Source of the DNA: Ignavibacteriales bacterium
GTDB lineage: Bacteria; Bacteroidota; Ignavibacteria; UBA10030; UBA6906
Reading direction: 5' to 3'
Length of the DNA stretch: 64,000 bases
NCBI GenBank assembly: GCA_037441705.1
Contig: JBBIRR010000002.1
Span: 32,001-96,000 of the forward strand
Positions 1-9,613 of this stretch are shown here, one piece after another. A program made the position numbers and the translations under genes. Numbering within the stretch: position 1 is the stretch's first letter; the number at the start of each line of letters is the position of its first letter. A model generated the notes under the pieces. It did not search any database and was not told where the DNA came from. It worked only from the letters and a program-made list of their open reading frames with translations.

Positions 1-297
1 GCCGCTTACCGCCGGACGCGCCAGCCAGAGCGAGTAGTTGTTGTTCGTTTCTGCAAATGCAGGATTGTGGATGAACTCGACGGCAAGCGGCGGATGAAGT
101 CTTCTGACAAACTCCTCGATCTTTTCCTGCAAATAGCCGGTGACGATCACGCACCGGCCGAGTCCGGCAGAGGTGAGCGCTTCGAGGCTGCGCTGCAGCA
201 GGGGCTTGCCGCCGACCGGAAGAAGAGCCTTCGGCAGGGTCTCGGTCAGAGGGCGAAGACGCAGACCGATTCCTGCGGCAAGAATTATTCCCGTCAT
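1..297 (-). CDS. Nucleotidyltransferase (LicC/NTP_transf_3-like cytidylyltransferase), 5' part; runs off the window edge
   Basis: Not in the ORF track. Manual translation from ATG at 297: MTGIILAAGIGLRLRPLTETLPKALLPVGGKPLLQ..., with the LAAGxGxR..P..PK motif and NNNYSL. ATGA overlap with the upstream gene's stop. Confidence 0.85.
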   Translation of the reverse strand, partial: MTGIILAAGIGLRLRPLTETLPKALLPVGGKPLLQRSLEALTSAGLGRCVIVTGYLQEKIEEFVRRLHPPLAVEFIHNPAFAETNNNYSLWLARPAVSG

Positions 298-1355
298 TCT
301 GCTTCGGTCTCCACACGCGCGGCGAGTGCTTCGGCAACCTCCTGAAACGCGGCGATGACCCGTCGGTTCTGATCCCGCGTGCCGATGGTGATGCGCATGC
401 AGTCGGTGACGCCCGGATCATCCAAAAATTTTACAATGATACCGCGTTGCTTCAGGCCTTCTTGCAGTTCTCTTTTGTGTTCCGATGGATAACGTACGAG
501 CATGAAGTTGGCGTCCGACGCGAACGCTTTGAAGCCTTCCAGCTTGTTCAGCTCTTCGAAATACATGGCTTTGTCTTCGCGCATATACTGCGTGATACGC
601 TCATAGTACGGCTTGTCCGAGAGTGCTGCAAGGGCGATCTGCTCCGTGAGCTGGTTGTAGCCGAGATAGCGGGCGCTGAATTCGATCAGGTGCGTCAGGT
701 CGGAACCGACACACGCATAGCCGATACGCAGACCCGCCAGCGCGTAGTACTTCGAAAACGTTCGCAGGACCACCAACCGGCTGTGTGCATCAAGGAGTTT
801 CTTGAGAGGATCGTCGGCCGAGTTTTCAAAACCAAAATATGCCTCATCGAGAACAATGTAGGACGAAGAGCAGCGATCAATCAGGCGTGTGAGATCGTCG
901 CGCTTCATCGTGCTTCCGGTGGGATTGTTCGGCGAGGCAACGAGGATGAGATGGGGCCGATGCCGATGATAGAGGGTGATAATTTCATCCACATCAAACT
1001 CAAACCGATAGCCGCGTTCGTACAGCGGATATTCGACATGATCACCGTGGACCTCCTGTGCGATCCTCTTGTAATACCACCACGATTGCTGCGGCAGCAG
1101 AAGGCGCTCGCCCTGATGCAGATAACAGTGTACCACCTGTTTCAGCATGTCCTCGCTGCCGTAGCTGAGCAGGACCCGCTCCTCGGGGATGCCGATCTCG
1201 TCGGCGAGGCGCTGCGATAGCTGGCTCTTGCGACCTTTGGCAAAGTCCCGCGAGTACAGGCTGAGCTGTTCGAGATTTGCCTCCTGCAGCACGCGATAGC
1301 ATGCAGGCGCGGGGCCGTATTGGTTTTCGTTGCGATCCAGAATGATCTGACCCAT
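294..1355 (-). CDS. PLP-dependent class I/II aminotransferase/decarboxylase (HisC/CobD-like)
   Basis: LDRNEN, SPNNPTG, VLDEAY and RTFSKYYALAGLRIGY motifs. Start placed at MGQIILDRNE. Confidence 0.85.
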   Translation of the reverse strand: MGQIILDRNENQYGPAPACYRVLQEANLEQLSLYSRDFAKGRKSQLSQRLADEIGIPEERVLLSYGSEDMLKQVVHCYLHQGERLLLPQQSWWYYKRIAQEVHGDHVEYPLYERGYRFEFDVDEIITLYHRHRPHLILVASPNNPTGSTMKRDDLTRLIDRCSSSYIVLDEAYFGFENSADDPLKKLLDAHSRLVVLRTFSKYYALAGLRIGYACVGSDLTHLIEFSARYLGYNQLTEQIALAALSDKPYYERITQYMREDKAMYFEELNKLEGFKAFASDANFMLVRYPSEHKRELQEGLKQRGIIVKFLDDPGVTDCMRITIGTRDQNRRVIAAFQEVAEALAARVETEAE

Positions 1356-1427
1356 AGTATGCCTTTCAGCGGAGATGATAGGTGGTTCGTGATGCTTGTG
1401 GTATGAAGGCACTGCCATCGTACGAGT

Positions 1428-2318
1428 TTAGGCTGCCATCGGGGTTGTTCCAAGTTTGGCGGCGTCCGATGCCTGGTGCAGACGCCTGTCCACTTTACGT
1501 TGCCAGACAACCAATGTCGCGAGATAAAGATTCGCCGGGATGACGACGAGCCAGCAAAACCAGTCGGGGTGCGCGACGATTCCTGCAATCATCAGCAGCG
1601 TGCGATTCGTGGTCGGTCCCATCCAGGTCCACCAGCGCATGATGCGTTTGGAATGCGCGCGATACCTTGCGGGCGTGGACTCGCCGGCGGGCATGCTGCT
1701 GACGGGTGCTCCTTCCTGTGCTTTCATGTACCATAGGTATGTGGACAGGACAAGTCGCCGCAGCGGCGAACGTGTCCGACCCATCTCGTGTGCAACCTTA
1801 TCGAGTTCGCGTTCGAGAAAATTGCGTTCGCCGCGAACCGTCGTAATGTACTCCTGCTGTCGCCTGTCGAACAGCATCGCATGATATCCCGAGAGCACAC
1901 CCGCGGCAATCGCCAGCAGCCAGTACAGCGGACTTCCGAAATAAGCCGACATGCCCATGCCCAGTCCGAAAAAGATCGCAACACTCGAGAGCCAATCTAC
2001 AACGCCATCAACGAGTCGTCCCAGGGGGGTTCCGCTTCGTTGGAGTCGCGCCAACATACCGTCGCCGCAATCCAGCACGTTGGCGATTGCATACCAGAAT
2101 GCGCCCCACAGGAATCCTGTCTCCGTTCCCTGCGCAAACTCTATGGCGGAAACAATGCCCGCAACAAGAGCCGCATACGTCATCTCATTGGGAGTAACGG
2201 GGAGACGATAGATGAGCTTGACGAGAACGAAAGCGATGGGTCGGTAGATAACGAGGTCGAGAATCTCTTCGACTTCGGCCATCTTGAGAGATTTTTTATA
2301 TTCTGCAGCGAGTGTCAT
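1428..2318 (-). CDS. CDP-alcohol phosphatidyltransferase family protein
   Basis: TPN motif and DCGDGMLAR...GRLVDGVVD signature; multiple TM helices. Confidence 0.9.
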   Translation of the reverse strand: MTLAAEYKKSLKMAEVEEILDLVIYRPIAFVLVKLIYRLPVTPNEMTYAALVAGIVSAIEFAQGTETGFLWGAFWYAIANVLDCGDGMLARLQRSGTPLGRLVDGVVDWLSSVAIFFGLGMGMSAYFGSPLYWLLAIAAGVLSGYHAMLFDRRQQEYITTVRGERNFLERELDKVAHEMGRTRSPLRRLVLSTYLWYMKAQEGAPVSSMPAGESTPARYRAHSKRIMRWWTWMGPTTNRTLLMIAGIVAHPDWFCWLVVIPANLYLATLVVWQRKVDRRLHQASDAAKLGTTPMAA

Positions 2319-2620
2319 GAATGATCCCCCGGATCAGATACTGAACTATGGAAGGGAAGCGCGCACGGTGAAGCACACTCCCCTCGTTCAGGCGAATCCT
2401 CGTCGGTCGCGCTGCGCCAAGTATATGCGTGTTGCCTACGAGAACGAAGATGGTGACGGCATACGGAACGACGGGCGTTCAACGCGCGATGGTCGTGAGG
2501 ATGATCGAAGAACGATAGTGTTTTGACGGGACGCCTGAAATGTCGACATCAATCTAACAAACGTTCGGGAGAGTTGAAAGTGCCGGTCGTTCTGCAACAA
2601 CGCACTCCTGCAACTTTCCC

Positions 2621-2649
2621 TTGAATCGGGAGCGTAAGTTCCTGATATT
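2621..2649 (+). promoter_or_regulatory. Putative sigma70 promoter of the lipoprotein/ABC operon
   Basis: TTGAAT-N17-GATATT about 40 bp upstream of GGAGG RBS and ATG 2690. Confidence 0.4.
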
Positions 2650-2689
2650 AAGGCGTATTGGAGTTTCCAGAAAACCGTGGAGGAATGGC

Positions 2690-4915
2690 ATGAACCGACT
2701 CGCTGCACTGTTCTTGATTGTTCTTGTACTCTCGGGGTGCGCCGCATACAAGGAGCTTTCCCCGTCGCCCGAACTCTCTCCTGCCGAGCGCGGGTACATC
2801 GAGTTGAAGGATGATGACGAGAACTTTAGGTTGGAGAAGGACAAGAAGTACTTCATAAAATTCCCGCGACCGGAGCGCAATCAGTTCTATCTTGTGTTGA
2901 AGCTCTCCGCCAAACGCACGCTGGAGTACTACCTGACATCGCAGTTCGAGAACGGCGAGGGTCCACGACAGGAAATACGAGACGAAGCCGCGGCGAACGA
3001 TTCCCTCAGCGTCTATGCGATCGACACATCGGTGCCGACATACTACTGGGTGGTCGAACAGGTGCGCAGCGATGTCGAGCTGGTGATGAAGTACAGGTAT
3101 GTTCCTCAATGGCGTTTCACGTTCGAAAACAAATACACCGAGTACAAAGGCGTTCTGACGAACAACCTCGTGGATCGTTCCACCTACAACTCCATCGACC
3201 GCACATTTGACTTTTCGAGCTTTCCGTTCGCCGAGCGCATAGCGCTGCTGCGTGCCACGAGCAAGAACGTGCGCTCCGTACAGGAGGAATTGGAACGCCT
3301 GCAGAGCGTGTTTCCCCCGAATATCGCCGCGACGCGGGACACCGCGTATGAACAGTACGTTGAGTTGAAGAATCAGACCGACAATGAATATCAATTCCAG
3401 CAGAACTATCTGAACGTCCTGACGGTCTTCAGCAAAGAGCGAGAGACGCAAGGCAACGTCGGGAGGTTTCTGCAATCCGCACCGACATTTGCTGAGTTCC
3501 TCGGTGAAGGCTCGCGCTATCCTGCGCCGATTCTGGAAAAGGCCCGCGATGTTTTCTCGCGGCGTTTGAATGATGCCCCAGGCTACTTTGACGACCAATT
3601 GCGCGCAAAGCGTGATACGAGGAAGATCGTCTTCGACCCGCCCCTCGCGAATGCGAAGCGATTGTACGACGCCCTTGGCAGCACGCCGCCGTCGGAATTT
3701 CGCAGCGTGATGGATTTTGTGGAACGCTACAACGTCGAAGCAGAGGCCATGCAATCGGTGCAGGAGAAGTTCCGTCAGATTGATAATGCCTTTGCCGTGA
3801 ATCCGCCCTGGAGTTCGGAGGCGTTCTATGTCGATTTGATCGGCAAGGTGGCGGATATTCGCGCACGGATTCCCGAATCGCGTGCGGTGACGTTCGATCG
3901 GTACGGACGGTACAGCTGCGCAATGCTGCTCGATGCGGACATCAGAAACGCAGCGGCGCGCGCCGAGCTTTCGGATCGGGTGTTCTCGCTCGGACAACAA
4001 TTCGTGCAGCGCCTGAACGCCAACGCGTGGGCAAGCGCGGAAGGGACGATGAAAGAGATTCACTTTACCTCTGTGCCTACCGGCATCACAGCTGTTGCCG
4101 ATCAGAAAGCGAAACTCGTGCGGGCGTTCGAGTCTGAACTCTTCAATCGGGTCAAAGTTGTCTCGCAGCAGCGCGTGGACGCGTTCGTGAAGGCGCACGA
4201 AGCCGCCATTGATAATGTGCCGGCGCTGTATAAGGATTCCGCCTTTGTTCCCGCGTATACGATCACCTTCAGCACGATGGGCGATGCGGAAGTTCAGCGC
4301 AAGCGCAAGGAGGTGCAGGATTATATCGACCGGCTGAAGTACAACGATTTTCCCGCGGCGTCCATTCGCGCTATCTACCGCGATTTCTCGCGCAACATCA
4401 ACGATCGAGGGGTTGACCGCGCACGCGCCATCGTGGAACACGGGCGGTTCTACAAAGGCGAGGACAAGCAGTTGCGTTCCATCGTGAACGAGTGCGACCC
4501 TACAGTGGCAAAATGGATCGTGAAACCGAAAGAATACCGCAAGCTGTACGCGCTTCCGGTAACGACCAATCGCGCAGGAGTCAATGAGTATCTCTTTCGC
4601 GTCCAGTTGCAAATTCCGTCGGAGGCACAATTTCCGGTGTTCGAGATCAATGTAAAACTGCCGCAGGAGATCGCCGCGAAGGCAGGCACGGAGCAGTGGT
4701 ACGAATCCATCACGATCAACAACACGCCGATCAAGAACGAAGGTCGGTTCACGATCACGGCACCGACTGCCGCGAACGACTACGAGTCGCAAATCTCGCC
4801 GGTACAGATGGATAAGGAGGGGCGCAACATCCTGGAGATTCGCTTCAAATACCCCGGCTTCAAGGTCTTTGAAATCAGCACCATGGCGCAGGTGCCCATC
4901 ATCCGAAAGAACTGA
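2690..4915 (+). CDS. Large hypothetical lipoprotein (741 aa)
   Basis: GGAGG RBS; signal MNRLAALFLIVLVLSG-C (lipobox); long helical middle, beta-rich ends; no recognised family. Confidence 0.8.
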   Translation: MNRLAALFLIVLVLSGCAAYKELSPSPELSPAERGYIELKDDDENFRLEKDKKYFIKFPRPERNQFYLVLKLSAKRTLEYYLTSQFENGEGPRQEIRDEAAANDSLSVYAIDTSVPTYYWVVEQVRSDVELVMKYRYVPQWRFTFENKYTEYKGVLTNNLVDRSTYNSIDRTFDFSSFPFAERIALLRATSKNVRSVQEELERLQSVFPPNIAATRDTAYEQYVELKNQTDNEYQFQQNYLNVLTVFSKERETQGNVGRFLQSAPTFAEFLGEGSRYPAPILEKARDVFSRRLNDAPGYFDDQLRAKRDTRKIVFDPPLANAKRLYDALGSTPPSEFRSVMDFVERYNVEAEAMQSVQEKFRQIDNAFAVNPPWSSEAFYVDLIGKVADIRARIPESRAVTFDRYGRYSCAMLLDADIRNAAARAELSDRVFSLGQQFVQRLNANAWASAEGTMKEIHFTSVPTGITAVADQKAKLVRAFESELFNRVKVVSQQRVDAFVKAHEAAIDNVPALYKDSAFVPAYTITFSTMGDAEVQRKRKEVQDYIDRLKYNDFPAASIRAIYRDFSRNINDRGVDRARAIVEHGRFYKGEDKQLRSIVNECDPTVAKWIVKPKEYRKLYALPVTTNRAGVNEYLFRVQLQIPSEAQFPVFEINVKLPQEIAAKAGTEQWYESITINNTPIKNEGRFTITAPTAANDYESQISPVQMDKEGRNILEIRFKYPGFKVFEISTMAQVPIIRKN

Positions 4916-4933
4916 TCAATCCGGAGCAAGAGT

Positions 4934-6727
4934 ATGACGACCGATCAAACGACAACCCCTGTGTGGCAACCGGCAGCCCCGGCCAAAGCACCGACGAACA
5001 AGAAGCGGCTGTTCATCATTGGCGGGATCGTGTTGGTGGTGGCGGCCGCGGCGATCTATTTTCTTACACGCACAAGCTTGCGCGGTTCCATCGTGATCCC
5101 GTACATCGCACATCAGAAGCCGACCATTGACCCGCATCTGCCGAGTTCCAATGCGCTGTCGGATAAACTCGAAGAGATCCAGTTCGATGGGCTGTTCAAC
5201 ATTGCTGCCAACCCGAGCGGGATTGTGTACGAAGACGGGCTGGGGGAGTTCCTCGGCATTGACCAAAACAACATCGTCTCCGTTCGACTGAAGACCAACA
5301 AGCGCTGGCACGACAGCTATACGGTGCAGATGGAAGATGATGAGGTGAAGTCCGTCGAGAAGACACGTGAGCATCTTTTCTCGGCGGCGGACCTGCGCTT
5401 TACCTTGCGGCGCATTCAGGCGCTCGGCAGTCTCTCGCCCGATTACATTCTTGTCTCGCAGGCGATTGACCCGCTCGACTTCGAAGGTCCCGACGCGAAC
5501 AACGTCATCCGCATGAAGTTCAAAGGAGACCGCATCTGGAAGGATACGGATATCAAGGAAGTGCTGTCGTTCAAGATTCTGCCGGACGGTTCGGACATGA
5601 ATGCGTTGAACTACACGGTCGGAACGGCTGAGTATTTCGCGCTGCCGCCGAAGGAAGGAGTCTCGAACTACCGCAAGAGTCCGGACGGCGTAGCAAACAT
5701 TGCCAACGTTCAGCTCGCTCCCTTCATTGATAACAGCACGTTCACGACGGAGCTGCGGAACAACCGCATCAACGTCCTGCTGGACACGCCGTTCGGTTCG
5801 CTCTCGCCCGTGCTCAACGACACGACGGAGTTCTTTACCAAATCCAATGTAAGCACGACATTCTTTGCGCTCGTGTTCAACACGCAGCGTTTGAATCGTG
5901 AACAGCGGCGCGAGCTGCGTAAAGCCATCGACGTGCGACGCATCGTCGAGCGTTTCTACAAGATCGGCTCCGAGCAGCAGCGCAACATCGTTGATTACAA
6001 AGGCAATCGAAACAATTACTACGACTACATCAACACGAGCGTCTTTCCGTCATCGTCGTATTACATTGAAGAGAAAGTCGTCGAACCGGCGGTGGATGAT
6101 ACGCCGCCGAACCTTGCCATACTGCCCGATACGGTGCGCATCAAAGCGTGCGTGAATTTCGGTTTCCGTGAAGAGTACACGGAGCTGATTGACATTCTCA
6201 ACTCACCCGACATCAGTGGGGCCCGCTTGAAGGTGACGGCGATTCAAAATGAGGAGATTCCCGCCGGCGAGTACGACGCCTTTCTCGTCGCGTTTCCCGG
6301 TTATCGCAGCAACTTCTTGTTCGATCTGTACAATGTATTTTTGCGTGAGCCGGATCTGCAGACGTATAAGATTCATCTCATCACCCAAACAGATGCTGCG
6401 GGAAGCATCACGGTCAGTCCGCGATCGTTTACGGCGGACAAGAATTTTTTCCGGCTCGATGCCGAGTTGAACGCGGCAGAACGGAACGATCTTCTCCAAT
6501 TCCTGAACTACCTGTACGGTTTCATGTCGACGCGGCAGATCGGCGACAAGCAGGAATATGCGCGCAGGATTGATATGCTGGAGAACCAGCTTGCGCTGGC
6601 GAAATGGATGTTCTCGCTGCCGTCGCTCGCCTACTTCACCACCCAGTTCGATCCGACGAGCATTGATCTGTACGGCGTCGCTTCCCAACTCTCGACGATC
6701 GAGAAGTGGAGAGAATCGGAGAAATAG
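4934..6727 (+). CDS. Divergent ABC substrate-binding protein (family 5, OppA/DppA-like), N-terminally membrane-anchored
   Basis: N-terminal TM; IDPH, FDGL, WHD, FSAADLRFTL and FNT...RRELRKAID segments typical of SBP family 5; context with permeases and ATPase. Confidence 0.7.
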   Translation: MTTDQTTTPVWQPAAPAKAPTNKKRLFIIGGIVLVVAAAAIYFLTRTSLRGSIVIPYIAHQKPTIDPHLPSSNALSDKLEEIQFDGLFNIAANPSGIVYEDGLGEFLGIDQNNIVSVRLKTNKRWHDSYTVQMEDDEVKSVEKTREHLFSAADLRFTLRRIQALGSLSPDYILVSQAIDPLDFEGPDANNVIRMKFKGDRIWKDTDIKEVLSFKILPDGSDMNALNYTVGTAEYFALPPKEGVSNYRKSPDGVANIANVQLAPFIDNSTFTTELRNNRINVLLDTPFGSLSPVLNDTTEFFTKSNVSTTFFALVFNTQRLNREQRRELRKAIDVRRIVERFYKIGSEQQRNIVDYKGNRNNYYDYINTSVFPSSSYYIEEKVVEPAVDDTPPNLAILPDTVRIKACVNFGFREEYTELIDILNSPDISGARLKVTAIQNEEIPAGEYDAFLVAFPGYRSNFLFDLYNVFLREPDLQTYKIHLITQTDAAGSITVSPRSFTADKNFFRLDAELNAAERNDLLQFLNYLYGFMSTRQIGDKQEYARRIDMLENQLALAKWMFSLPSLAYFTTQFDPTSIDLYGVASQLSTIEKWRESEK

Positions 6728-6735
6728 CGGATGCT

Positions 6736-7599
6736 GTGAGAGCCGCGCGCGCGTTCTTGTGCGCGGCGTTCGTGTTCCTGTCTCTTGCTGCCGGACGCCA
6801 CACCGCACAGGCGGAGGACTTCCTCATTGTCGAGCGTCCGCAGCGACTGCTCGTCTTCAACCGCTATCAGCAACAACTGAAGGACCGGGAACGCAAGGCG
6901 CTTCTTGCCTTCACCCCGTTTCGCATTCTTGCCGAGGACGATGTGTTAGGCGATGGCTTCACCCCGTGTATGAAAGTGGAGGCTAACGGCTCGCTGTATT
7001 ACTTGCTCAAGGACGACGGCGGAGAGCTGGTGGGCGTTCACGATGCGGGTGTCGTCAAGACCGTCCGGAACGCGACGCCGCTGCGCGATTCGATAGAGAT
7101 CGTGTCGGTGAAAGGCATCGTTCGGTGGGATGCGCGAGAACAGACGAAGCGCACGCTTCCTCGCGGCGCCATCCTTGTGCGTCAGTTTGCGGTGAACGGC
7201 ATGACGTACGTGCAGGTCCTGCTATCAAAGCAGTACGGTTGGGTCCGGCTGGACGCTTCGCAGGGGCAACGGCACTGGCGCGTTGTGCCGCGGGGAGTGT
7301 CGCGACCGGCGGAGGAACTCGCGCGTGTTCTGCCCGCAATCGTTCAACGGGTCGAGGAAGTCAATGCCAAGCTGCGTCGGCTGTTCGATCACCTCAACGC
7401 GAAAACCTCCCGTCATCTTCCTGCGCCGTCGTGGCACGTTCAGAGTTCGAACGAGAGCATCGAGTGTCGCCTTGAGACGTCGCTGCCTGCGGACCATTTT
7501 CGCGAGAGCAGCGCGCTGCTTGCCAAAAGAATCGAAAGCACGGTGTTGGGGACGACCCTGCGCGTGCATGCGGCGCCCGGCAGCATTCAGGTGCGCTGA
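6736..7599 (+). CDS. Exported hypothetical protein
   Basis: Signal peptide ending AQA; SH3-like YGWV segment and a C-terminal helix; coupled within the operon. GTG start is inferred. Confidence 0.65.
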   Translation: MRAARAFLCAAFVFLSLAAGRHTAQAEDFLIVERPQRLLVFNRYQQQLKDRERKALLAFTPFRILAEDDVLGDGFTPCMKVEANGSLYYLLKDDGGELVGVHDAGVVKTVRNATPLRDSIEIVSVKGIVRWDAREQTKRTLPRGAILVRQFAVNGMTYVQVLLSKQYGWVRLDASQGQRHWRVVPRGVSRPAEELARVLPAIVQRVEEVNAKLRRLFDHLNAKTSRHLPAPSWHVQSSNESIECRLETSLPADHFRESSALLAKRIESTVLGTTLRVHAAPGSIQVR

Positions 7600-7611
7600 G
7601 AGTGTGCCGGT

Positions 7612-8727
7612 ATGAAACGCAAGGTGCTTGAACATCTCCTCAGCGTCATGCTTGTCGGCGCAGTGTTTGGCTTCATCATGCTCAGGTTGCATCAGCAGGA
7701 GGCGGATCAGGTTGCTGTGCCGGACCCGGCGGTGGCGGAGGCGCTGGGCCTTCGGTTCCTCGACTTCGGCGACCCTCTCGACCGTGCGCTTTACAAAGAA
7801 TCGCTTGATGCATTCATCCCCCAGCAGCGCGAACGTCATGAGGCTCTGCTCGAAGCAATCCTCGATGCGCGTCGGCAGCAATTCACCGATGAACTCTACA
7901 AGACGGGAGCGGAGCAGAGGGGCATCACGGGGGAAAAACTCCAGCGCGTGCTCGGGATGTATGTTCAATTTATCCTTGTGTACGTTGTGGTCATGGCGAT
8001 CAGCGTCTATGCCGCCGAAACATTCGGTACGCTGCGCTTTGTCCGAAGCAAACAGGGCACATCATCATCCCTCGCGCAGATGATGATCGTCCTAACGAAC
8101 GACACCATCCCTGCCCCGCAGCGGTATCTCCGTGCGCTTGGCCTTCTGATCGCCGCGTGTGCGAAAGGCGCGGGATTGATGATCCTCTTTGCGCCGGCGT
8201 ACGTCATCGCCTATTCATTCAAGACGCGGTTCGACACGGATTCCGTAGTCTTCATGATTGTGTTGGGAATTGTTTCGAACGGTGTGCTTGTACACTACGT
8301 GAACAAATTCTACACATTTCTCGTGGCAGAGAGTCGGAAGGGGTATGTGGAGACAGCGCTCGTCAAGAATCTGAACCATTCCTACTCGACCCACGATCCG
8401 GACGGGATTCATCGCGGAGATATCTTCCGGATTCGAAAAAGATTTCCGAAGCATGTCTTCCAGCATATCTACCTGAATGCCCACCATCAGTATCTGCCGG
8501 CGCTGAAAGAACACGCAGCGTTCGTCATCTCCGGTCTTGTGATCATTGAGATGGCGTTGAACATTCAGGGACACCTGAACTACGAAATGCTGAAGTACAT
8601 CCTGTACAAGCAATACGATATGGTGCTTGTGATTGTTTTTGCCATCTACCTGTTAGTGAAAGGTACGGAAGTACTTGTTGATGTTATCGTGGAACGGGAG
8701 GCGCGGCGGCTTGAGAATAGAACGTAA
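7612..8727 (+). CDS. ABC transporter permease (divergent DppB/OppB-like)
   Basis: Several TMs; EAA-loop-like ESRKGYVETALVKNL; ISGLVIIE motif. Confidence 0.75.
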   Translation: MKRKVLEHLLSVMLVGAVFGFIMLRLHQQEADQVAVPDPAVAEALGLRFLDFGDPLDRALYKESLDAFIPQQRERHEALLEAILDARRQQFTDELYKTGAEQRGITGEKLQRVLGMYVQFILVYVVVMAISVYAAETFGTLRFVRSKQGTSSSLAQMMIVLTNDTIPAPQRYLRALGLLIAACAKGAGLMILFAPAYVIAYSFKTRFDTDSVVFMIVLGIVSNGVLVHYVNKFYTFLVAESRKGYVETALVKNLNHSYSTHDPDGIHRGDIFRIRKRFPKHVFQHIYLNAHHQYLPALKEHAAFVISGLVIIEMALNIQGHLNYEMLKYILYKQYDMVLVIVFAIYLLVKGTEVLVDVIVEREARRLENRT

Positions 8728-8731
8728 GCAC

Positions 8732-9613
8732 ATGCATCGTGAACGCGCGCGGGGTGGATTGCATAGCCTTCTTCAGTACAAGGACACGTTGTGGCTGGCG
8801 ATCTGGCTTGCCGGTCTTGCTGCATTGGGCGTGTGGGACGTGCTCTTCCTGAATCGGCCGGCGCTGACGCGTCTCGCTGCGGCCTCGGTCAACACCGCCC
8901 TGGTGGCGAGCGGGGTTGTTGTTTGTGCATCGTTGATGGGATGGGTGAGTGCCCTGGCCCTCCACTTTTTCGACCACGGGCGTCACGGATGGGCCTATCT
9001 TCTCACAACGTTTCTGCTCAATCTCATCCGCTCGGTTCCGCAGATTGTCGGCATTCTGCTGGGGTACGTTATTCTGACGCTGCTGATTCGCGGCGACGTG
9101 CTGCGCCAACAGGCGAGTCAGCTCGTCGTCATGGCGCTTATCATCAGCGTGTTTGTGTTTCTCGAGGTGACGGATCTGATCCGTGAACGCATTCGTCACT
9201 ATCGCAAGCTGGATTTCTTCGACGCGATGCTCTGCAGCGGCGTGCGGGAGGCCCGGATCATCAACCTCGAAATCCTGTGGAAAAACAGTCGCGCGCATCT
9301 GCTGCATAAAGCCATTCACATCTTCGGCGCGACGGTGTTCCTGCTGTGCAGCGTGGACTTTATCATCTCCGTCGGGCTTTCAACGGATGTCAGTCTCAGC
9401 AACTTCCCGCCGACGCTCGGAGGACTTCTGGCAACGATGGACAGCAAGCAGGACATTCTCGCCATCAGCACGGTATTGACGGACCCGCTCGCCCTGCCTG
9501 ACCTGTTCTTCGAACATCTGCAGGGCATCAGCACGGCGTTCACGATCGTGTTCACGCTTCTCTGCATGTACCGTATCTCATCGCACTTCGTGGCGCGGAG
9601 AAGGTTGGAATGA
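8732..9613 (+). CDS. ABC transporter permease (divergent DppC/OppC-like)
   Basis: LIRSVP segment; EAA-like DFFDAMLCSGVREARII; multiple TMs; PPTLG. Confidence 0.7.
   Translation: MHRERARGGLHSLLQYKDTLWLAIWLAGLAALGVWDVLFLNRPALTRLAAASVNTALVASGVVVCASLMGWVSALALHFFDHGRHGWAYLLTTFLLNLIRSVPQIVGILLGYVILTLLIRGDVLRQQASQLVVMALIISVFVFLEVTDLIRERIRHYRKLDFFDAMLCSGVREARIINLEILWKNSRAHLLHKAIHIFGATVFLLCSVDFIISVGLSTDVSLSNFPPTLGGLLATMDSKQDILAISTVLTDPLALPDLFFEHLQGISTAFTIVFTLLCMYRISSHFVARRRLE

Noticed and set aside
2319-2620. Possible riboswitch in the long leader of the CDP-alcohol operon
   Set aside because: No recognisable aptamer consensus or terminator/antiterminator pair.
2648-4792. 714-aa antisense ORF over the large lipoprotein gene
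   Set aside because: Shadow frame expected from GC-rich codon bias; no motifs, while the plus strand has an RBS, lipobox and operon context.
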